IMG/VR virus record: IMGVR_UViG_3300033148_008145
Location: 1-61,882 of that record
Length of the DNA: 61,882 bases
From: a virus
Taxonomy: Duplodnaviria; Caudoviricetes
Reading direction: 5' to 3' (one strand)
Position 1 is the stretch's first letter; every line of letters begins with the position of its first letter. Both the position numbers and the translations under genes were made by a program. Below the pieces are notes generated by a model. That model did no database searches. It was not told the origin of the DNA and was given only the letters and a program-made list of their open reading frames with translations. Below are positions 55,897 through 61,882 of this stretch, one piece after another.

Positions 55897-58800
55897 ATGC
55901 CTACCTTTAGCCCAAAGCAACCTTTTTCAATAAGCGGAAAAAATTTAAACTTTATTTCGGATATAAAGTTTGGCGACTTATTCGTCGAAGACTTGTCTTA
56001 TATGGATACTACGGGAATTTCAGGTACTATTCCTCCCCCCGCTTACACTACGGGGGTGTACGCTGTAGCATCGAGAGGAGAGTTCTTCTTAGGGTCTCCT
56101 TATATTATATTAAATTCTGATGATCAGGTTACGGTAGGAAAGCTTCCTTCGGTAAGCGGGCAAGCTGGCGATAGTATCAACATAACAGGAAGTAACTTCT
56201 ACCAAATTACAGATGTTAAGTTTGGTACAGTGTTTGGGGATTTTGAATTGGTGGATGAGAATACAATAGAAACTCAAGTTCCTCAAAACGCAGACTATAC
56301 GGGGATAACTGTGTTTTCTTCGTTACGTACAGGAGCAAATGGTGACACTACATTAGCAAGCGGTATTAGTATAGATGAATTTTTTCCTATTCCTGAAATA
56401 TCCGGCCTAAAGGAATCCCAGCTGGTGTCGGGAGAGACTATTTCTATCACTGGATTTTCATTGAAGGGCGTTACCGGTATAAAATACGCTAATGATGATT
56501 CACTCATAACCGGACTATCACTGACAGATACCAATACTCTAGAGGGAACCGTTCCTTCTGGAAATATAAGGGGAGAGGCTTCATTGCTTTTGCCGAGCGG
56601 ACAAGTAACCTCGCTAGGAGCAAATTTCTGGCTATCTCCTTACGCTAAAGTAACGGGGGTTGGTGGTTCTAGCGTAGGGATCAGCACGGAAAAGCCCATT
56701 GGTTCCACGGGAAGTTTTTTATTGGTGTCTGGGGATAATTTTGTTTCCGGAATACTCAGTCCGACGGGAGATAATTATCTTGGAACCATAATGGGGGAGA
56801 CCGCGGAGTTTAAAATAATCAGTGACAAGGTGGTGTCCGGGATGATTCCCACCGGTATTGGGATTACTGTTAGCGGAGGACAAGGGAACGTAGGGGTTTC
56901 TCCGGTCATATCTTCTGGAGTGGTTAGTTTGTTTTCGGACAACTACCCCGAGGCTTATCCTTCCGATGTTTTTTTTACCCCTACTATAGGTCTTCCCAAA
57001 ATAACAACCATCGTTCCTTTGTCGGGGGTGATGGGGGATACCGTTTCTATAAAAGGTAACGATTTGTATGGTATTACCGGTGTTAATTTTCTACCTAGTG
57101 CTTCCGCCAATGTGGGTATAGGTACTTACGATGCGGGTACTGTTGCCGAGGTGGTTCCGGGATTTGAGCTAAGTTTTGAGATAGGAACCTCCGCTACACT
57201 TGGTACCGTAGGAGAACCTTACGACGTGGTGTTGTCTGGGTTTTATGGTTCGGTTACGGGTGTAGCTGGATTCTTTTGTCTGGGAACACCTTCAATATCA
57301 TCGATTGATCCGTCTTCCAATGTTGTTCCGGGGGTTACAGGTTTAGTTGAGGGTTCGCGTCTTTATTCGGGATCTTATGTTGAACTGTGGACGGGTGAAG
57401 ACAACATGAGTACTTACAAGTATTTCAAAACCCTTCCTTCCAGCGGGTATGACACGGTCAATCACGACACTATAGAATTTGTCTATCCTAATGCTTTTAC
57501 CACAGGGGTCAAAAATTATAAAATAAGAGTAAAAAATAAAAGGTCTACGACTCCAATTTCAAACGCTGATTCTCCGTTGTTTGTACCCTTCAGAACTCCC
57601 TTTCTTAGTGGGTTCGATCCATTAAGTGGGGAATTTGGGGACACCATAACGGTTTCAGGTTATTTTGAAGACTTCTACGATGGCGGACTTTCAGTAGGGA
57701 ACATTAATGTAACTTCATTTAATAAGCCAGACTCAACAGGATTTAACTTTGTTATACCTAATAATTCTTCAAGTGATTTGATAAACGTGTCTACCAGTGG
57801 GGGAGCTACATCTTCAAGTGGGCTACTAGGAATCACTCCGAGTAAGCCTTCCATAGGTGGTTTTTATAGCGGTACGAGATCTCCGGATGCTATTAATTAC
57901 GAACAAGTATTTAAGGGTACCGATACCGTTACGGTTTCTGGGGAGAGAATGGACTTGGTTACGGGAGTTCAGTTTTCGGGATCTGCAGGATCTTTTATAG
58001 AGAAGAATTTTAATACACAGGGTTATTCGTCGATAAATTTCAATGCTCCGGAAACTATCAATCCTGTAAGCGGCAAGTTTAAGTTGTTGGACTTTTTGGG
58101 GAGGGAAACAGAAAGCAATTCTACCGGCATTAAGATGGTGTCGGTTTCTGGTTTTAGCAACTACCTTCTTCCTGCTGAGACTATGGACGTTACCGGGTTT
58201 AACATAAGTGGAATGGACGTGTTGTTTCCTTATGCTACTGGAGGGTTTACCGGTATCACTCCTTTCTCCACCTCTTTAGTGGGTGATGGGTCAGAAAAAG
58301 TATCGTTACAGCTTCCTACGGGGGTAACATTTGGGATTCTGGAAATGTCTGGAAGAGAAAATAGGGTTGCTATCGATAATCAAGAGTTCAAACCGTTGGG
58401 GGTTATCACGGGAATAAGTTCTTCTGACCTTGTCAATGGCGAAATAGAAAGTGGGAAAACAATTTCGGTAACGGGAATTAATATTTTTTCTCTGGCGATG
58501 ACAACGGGAGATAATGTGTTGTCAACAGGTTTTTCTGGGACACTTTTGATGGGTTTTAGCGGAACGCAAAGTTTGAATATTCCCTTAACCGAGGGGGCTA
58601 GTGGAGATCCGGTGTTTCCTGATCAAGTGCGTAAAATACAACAGATTGAAATAGATTCTTATGCTACGGGTATAGGTTCGGTCGATGCAGCAAGTGATGT
58701 CTTTTACTCAAAGATAGATTTTAGGTTTCCTTCCACTCTAATGGCGACAGGGAATATTTTCTTGATTGATCCGTGGTGGGCTACCGTAGAAGATCCAGCG

Positions 58801-59481
58801 CTGGAAACATATAGACTCCTTAGTTTAAGTATGGGTATTCAAGAAGGTCCGATGTTCTCTTACGATGGTTTTATTTTCCCTGACTCGGGTGTCTATCCCC
58901 AGTCTTATGTTAATTTGAGTAATAAAATTTCTTATTTTCCAGAGGGGATAAAGTCTACGGGTATTGTAACTTTCGTTTCCGGCTATGGTCCTGTATTGGG
59001 GGCAGCGGCTGATCTGGTTAGAGTAAGCGGTTCGGGTTTAAATTTGGTGGAGAATGTTTTGTTTGAGTCTTATCAGAACGGACAGCAGACGTCTGCGGTT
59101 GATTTTACAGGAACCTCAACAGAGCTAGAGATAACAGTTCCCACAATGCCCAACGCTCATTTGGGGGGGAATGCTATTATATTTCGCGGTAACTCTCCCG
59201 AAGTTAAAGCTTACCATACAGGCATTAATACGTCCGGTATCAGAACTGGTTTCGGAGACGGGGTACCTCTTTCTACTTTTGACTATTTTGTAAAAAGCGT
59301 AGGGGTTGCTTATGACGCTTCTCCGGTTTCCACAGGGTACGACCTCTCTCCAGTCGCGCCGGTGGGTGGAGTTGTAAATTATACGTCTGAAGAAGAGGTG
59401 GGAGGGACTGTGTTCTTAGTGACTCGAACCAAATTCCCTGACGGATCAACGCTTATCGTAAGCAGTATTCCCAAACCTTAA
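55897..59481 (+). CDS. IPT/TIG (Ig-like) repeat virion protein
   Basis: Repeated P.SG..GD.(I/V).I.G.N(F/L)....V.FG units. Confidence 0.75.
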   Translation: MPTFSPKQPFSISGKNLNFISDIKFGDLFVEDLSYMDTTGISGTIPPPAYTTGVYAVASRGEFFLGSPYIILNSDDQVTVGKLPSVSGQAGDSINITGSNFYQITDVKFGTVFGDFELVDENTIETQVPQNADYTGITVFSSLRTGANGDTTLASGISIDEFFPIPEISGLKESQLVSGETISITGFSLKGVTGIKYANDDSLITGLSLTDTNTLEGTVPSGNIRGEASLLLPSGQVTSLGANFWLSPYAKVTGVGGSSVGISTEKPIGSTGSFLLVSGDNFVSGILSPTGDNYLGTIMGETAEFKIISDKVVSGMIPTGIGITVSGGQGNVGVSPVISSGVVSLFSDNYPEAYPSDVFFTPTIGLPKITTIVPLSGVMGDTVSIKGNDLYGITGVNFLPSASANVGIGTYDAGTVAEVVPGFELSFEIGTSATLGTVGEPYDVVLSGFYGSVTGVAGFFCLGTPSISSIDPSSNVVPGVTGLVEGSRLYSGSYVELWTGEDNMSTYKYFKTLPSSGYDTVNHDTIEFVYPNAFTTGVKNYKIRVKNKRSTTPISNADSPLFVPFRTPFLSGFDPLSGEFGDTITVSGYFEDFYDGGLSVGNINVTSFNKPDSTGFNFVIPNNSSSDLINVSTSGGATSSSGLLGITPSKPSIGGFYSGTRSPDAINYEQVFKGTDTVTVSGERMDLVTGVQFSGSAGSFIEKNFNTQGYSSINFNAPETINPVSGKFKLLDFLGRETESNSTGIKMVSVSGFSNYLLPAETMDVTGFNISGMDVLFPYATGGFTGITPFSTSLVGDGSEKVSLQLPTGVTFGILEMSGRENRVAIDNQEFKPLGVITGISSSDLVNGEIESGKTISVTGINIFSLAMTTGDNVLSTGFSGTLLMGFSGTQSLNIPLTEGASGDPVFPDQVRKIQQIEIDSYATGIGSVDAASDVFYSKIDFRFPSTLMATGNIFLIDPWWATVEDPALETYRLLSLSMGIQEGPMFSYDGFIFPDSGVYPQSYVNLSNKISYFPEGIKSTGIVTFVSGYGPVLGAAADLVRVSGSGLNLVENVLFESYQNGQQTSAVDFTGTSTELEITVPTMPNAHLGGNAIIFRGNSPEVKAYHTGINTSGIRTGFGDGVPLSTFDYFVKSVGVAYDASPVSTGYDLSPVAPVGGVVNYTSEEEVGGTVFLVTRTKFPDGSTLIVSSIPKP

Positions 59482-59696
59482 AGGTCCGCTTCCCCTATAT
59501 CTATAAAATAAAGCAGTCGGAGTATCTTCTCCCTTCCCGCTTGGGTGTTTACAAGCTCTATGGGGGCTTCTTTGTTGAGGTCAGAATTGGGTTTGGTTAA
59601 CCATTCGGCAACATGGTCGTCATCCATAACCGCACAGCAATCATTTACGATATTAACAAACGGGATTAGGTTTTCCTTATCTACTTTCATCTGCAA
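59478..59696 (-). CDS. Xre/MbcA/ParS antitoxin C-terminal (toxin-binding) domain protein
   Basis: AEWLTKPNSDLNKEAPIELVNTQAGREKILRLLYFIDIG matches the family pattern WL..PN..L....P..L.....G...V...L..I..G. Confidence 0.75.
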   Translation of the reverse strand: MQMKVDKENLIPFVNIVNDCCAVMDDDHVAEWLTKPNSDLNKEAPIELVNTQAGREKILRLLYFIDIGEADL

Positions 59697-60275
59697 CTAT
59701 AAATCTTTATACAAATCCAAACAGTGGGGATCTTTTTTGAGTCGGCCCGATTTTTCATATGCTTCTTTGCGGATTTCAAGCGGAAGACAGTGCTTGTTTC
59801 TCGCCCAATTTGTCATTTTCCGGAAGCAGTTTTCCGTTCGAGAGAAGAACCTGTATTTAAAGGAGTGTCCTCGGTAGGCGTCGAATATTTCTTGTTCTGT
59901 GTCCCACATTTTTTGTGTTTCTTCTGATTCTTCTTTGGTTGACTCCAGACGAAAGCTAATAAGCTCTTTTTTGTCTACTTTTCCGTTTTTGAAAGTGAAT
60001 TGGCATTCGAGTCCGTATGCGTCTCCTTTTTTGTTTTGTAGGTGGTCGTAAAAACGAATGGTGACATTCTTTTTTACTTTTTCCCACTCTTCAAAAGGCA
60101 GCGCTTCCTTCTTTTTCTTATAGAGGTATTGGCGGTAGATCTTGTAAAGATCCATTAGGTTGTCTAGGTCTTTCGTTTGGAAGGTGTGGTTTTTGTCCAG
60201 CAGCTTCTCGTCTTCTTTGTTTAGTAGGCTCCGCAGATACCCCTTCGGCACCATTATCTCGTCGAACATTCCCAT
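59697..60275 (-). CDS. conserved phage hypothetical protein
   Basis: MGMFDEI...FQTKDLDNLMDLY pattern seen in many phage proteins; SD AAGGA. Confidence 0.7.
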   Translation of the reverse strand: MGMFDEIMVPKGYLRSLLNKEDEKLLDKNHTFQTKDLDNLMDLYKIYRQYLYKKKKEALPFEEWEKVKKNVTIRFYDHLQNKKGDAYGLECQFTFKNGKVDKKELISFRLESTKEESEETQKMWDTEQEIFDAYRGHSFKYRFFSRTENCFRKMTNWARNKHCLPLEIRKEAYEKSGRLKKDPHCLDLYKDL

Positions 60276-60465
60276 TTTTTTCCTTGTATGTGACTCCGCA
60301 TCCTTCTGATGCAGTGTATAAAGTTTCGTTTATGATTAAATTTGCTTTTTCAGAAAGGGGGTAGCTGTTTTTTAGCATCTCGTCAGCTATTGTTAGGGCC
60401 TCGTATTCATTGGTATTTTCTATTTCGAGGCTGCACAAGCAAGTAATTATGGTTTTTTTACTCAC
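60118..60465 (-). CDS. hypothetical protein
   Basis: Start coupled to the upstream stop; the 3' half overlaps the next gene, so the C-terminus is doubtful. Confidence 0.4.
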   Translation of the reverse strand: MSKKTIITCLCSLEIENTNEYEALTIADEMLKNSYPLSEKANLIINETLYTASEGCGVTYKEKNGNVRRDNGAEGVSAEPTKQRRREAAGQKPHLPNERPRQPNGSLQDLPPIPL

Positions 60466-60676
60466 CGCCTTCGTTGAGTAGGGCTTCTGTGATGGAGGCG
60501 ATTTCGGTTACAGGGTCGTTTTCGTGCCCTACGTTAGCCAGTGGGACGATGTATTGGGCAATTTCGGGAGAAACCCCTTTGTTTATTAGAGAACGGTAGA
60601 GACTGTCTCCCTTCGCAAGGTATTCCCTTACCTCGGCTAGTAAAAGAGAATTGCCCCTTGTATGTTTGTTGTTCAA
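60458..60676 (-). CDS. small protein resembling a ThyX fragment
   Basis: LYRSLINKGVSPEIAQYIVPLA resembles the ThyX Y..L...G...E.AR..LP helix; only 72 aa. Confidence 0.45.
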   Translation of the reverse strand: MNNKHTRGNSLLLAEVREYLAKGDSLYRSLINKGVSPEIAQYIVPLANVGHENDPVTEIASITEALLNEGGE

Positions 60677-60695
60677 TTATGGTTATGGTAGGGAA

Positions 60696-60890
60696 TTATT
60701 CCCCCTTTTCAAAAATTTTTTTTAAGCTTTCTAGTTCTTTCGCAAAATCTGCAGCCATCTCCACCCTTACAGCGTCTTCGTCGTCCATCATCGGCATGTC
60801 CATTATTATTTTTTTATATTTTTTAATTAAATTGGCAATGGCTTGGTGTGTCTTACGGGGTTTTTTCCTTTCAAATTCTGAAATGTTCAT
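60696..60890 (-). CDS. hypothetical protein
   Basis: 64-aa ORF in a tightly packed minus-strand run. Confidence 0.55.
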   Translation of the reverse strand: MNISEFERKKPRKTHQAIANLIKKYKKIIMDMPMMDDEDAVRVEMAADFAKELESLKKIFEKGE

Positions 60891-61068
60891 TCTTTTTCTC
60901 CATATTGTTTCTGACCCTGCTTATTAGCCCTAAAAGCTCGTCTACTTTTACGAATTCTCCGTTAAGGACGCTTCCGCGATTGTTTCCCAGCTCTAGAGAG
61001 ACCTCCATGAGCTTGCATACAGCTTGTTTTAACATAACGGATTCTTCGCTATAGAGGAAATCTGACAT
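60871..61068 (-). CDS. hypothetical protein
   Basis: 65-aa ORF in a tightly packed minus-strand run. Confidence 0.5.
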   Translation of the reverse strand: MSDFLYSEESVMLKQAVCKLMEVSLELGNNRGSVLNGEFVKVDELLGLISRVRNNMEKKNEHFRI

Positions 61069-61118
61069 GCTTGTCTAAACTCTATTACATTTAAGAAGCT
61101 CATCTAGGGAATTTTTAA

Positions 61119-61865
61119 TTATAGATTGAAGTAGTTGGCTTGAAATTTGAGATTTCCGTAATAAGTGTTGAACCCTCGGTGGCCTAAGGAGATGTCAGGT
61201 AGAACCGTGATCTCTCCCCCTAAAGACTTCCAAAGCTTGCAAAATCCATAGTCTTCGCTTTCGTACTTCTTGGTCTCAGGGTTTACTTTGCATTGGAAAA
61301 TATCATAAAAGTTGTCTCCGGCATCCATATATCCGTCGATGTCATTGGTGTATTTTATTTCTGGTAGAGCTTGAATAATTTTTTCTATACAGGAACGGCT
61401 AATAAGCATGAAACCAGTAGCTGCGTAGTTAGCCTCCACGGTTTGAGCTGTTTTACTCTTAGTGTACGATTCGGGAGAAAGTTCTGTAGAAAAATCGGTA
61501 GCTAAATGCCGCCATTGTTCGGGGAAACTTCCCGATGATCCCAAAGCCTGCATTTTTTGGTGGCTCCAGTACTTTTTAGGGTAAACCCCAACTACGACTT
61601 CCTTTTGTTGGTCTACAAGCTTCAACACATCCTGAGCGTCAAAGCTTACATCGGTGTCCACGAAGAGCAAGTGGGTATATTCTTTAGCCAGCATGAAGGC
61701 TACCGAGGAGTTCCTTGCTCGGCTTATGAGGCTCTCAAACCAGATAGATCTCATGCCGAGTTTGATGTTTTTCTGACGACAAAGCAAAAGTAGGTTAATA
61801 GTGCTCATCATATAGTCAGAATGCACCATCCCCGTGTAGCCAATGACAGGGTAGAAAATATTCAC
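61119..61865 (-). CDS. glycosyltransferase-like protein (GT-A fold)
   Basis: ESLISRARN...YTHLLFVDTDVSF (DxD), GVYPKK, ATGFMLI, SEDYGFC..W...GG. Confidence 0.8.
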   Translation of the reverse strand: MNIFYPVIGYTGMVHSDYMMSTINLLLLCRQKNIKLGMRSIWFESLISRARNSSVAFMLAKEYTHLLFVDTDVSFDAQDVLKLVDQQKEVVVGVYPKKYWSHQKMQALGSSGSFPEQWRHLATDFSTELSPESYTKSKTAQTVEANYAATGFMLISRSCIEKIIQALPEIKYTNDIDGYMDAGDNFYDIFQCKVNPETKKYESEDYGFCKLWKSLGGEITVLPDISLGHRGFNTYYGNLKFQANYFNL

Positions 61866-61882
61866 TTCTGAATAGTCTGTTA

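Noticed and set aside
1-61882. Stop-codon reassignment, tRNA genes, integrase/transposase, tail sheath, terminase or portal
   Set aside because: Coding density is high under the standard code and none of these signatures was recognised by eye; intergenic gaps are mostly too short for RNA genes.
1-61882. Assigning a specific host taxon
   Set aside because: Only a Gram-negative envelope is hinted (lipoprotein spanin candidate); nothing in the sequence fixes the phylum.

Overview
The window is the virion morphogenesis region of a large tailed dsDNA phage. It is siphovirus-like (no tail sheath gene is visible), and a lipoprotein spanin candidate points to a Gram-negative host. Plus strand, left to right: a small lysis-like cluster, prohead protease/scaffold, capsid decoration protein, major capsid protein, about 21 kb of giant modular fibre genes (3962, 2444 and 730 aa, the last two probably one frameshifted gene), head-tail joining genes, tail tube, tail chaperones and a 2669-aa tape measure protein. 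An inverted lambda-like M-L-K-I-J tail tip cluster follows on the minus strand, then three more tail-tube paralogues and an IPT/TIG-repeat protein (plus), and finally small minus-strand genes including an orphan Xre/MbcA/ParS-type antitoxin domain and a glycosyltransferase. The most notable signals are: (1) the fibre genes are arrays of unique 70-110 aa modules separated by a repeat conserved at the DNA level, including synonymous sites (GGCAATGTCGGCATCGGGACTACTGCGCC), suggesting recombinational module shuffling; (2) the tape measure protein is punctuated by G(F/Y)(V/I)PN(F/Y) motifs that bracket cargo-like domains; (3) a GTGTAA motif lies 10-34 nt upstream of many structural genes and is a candidate phage late promoter. 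All functional calls come from motif recognition and synteny by eye; no searches were run.
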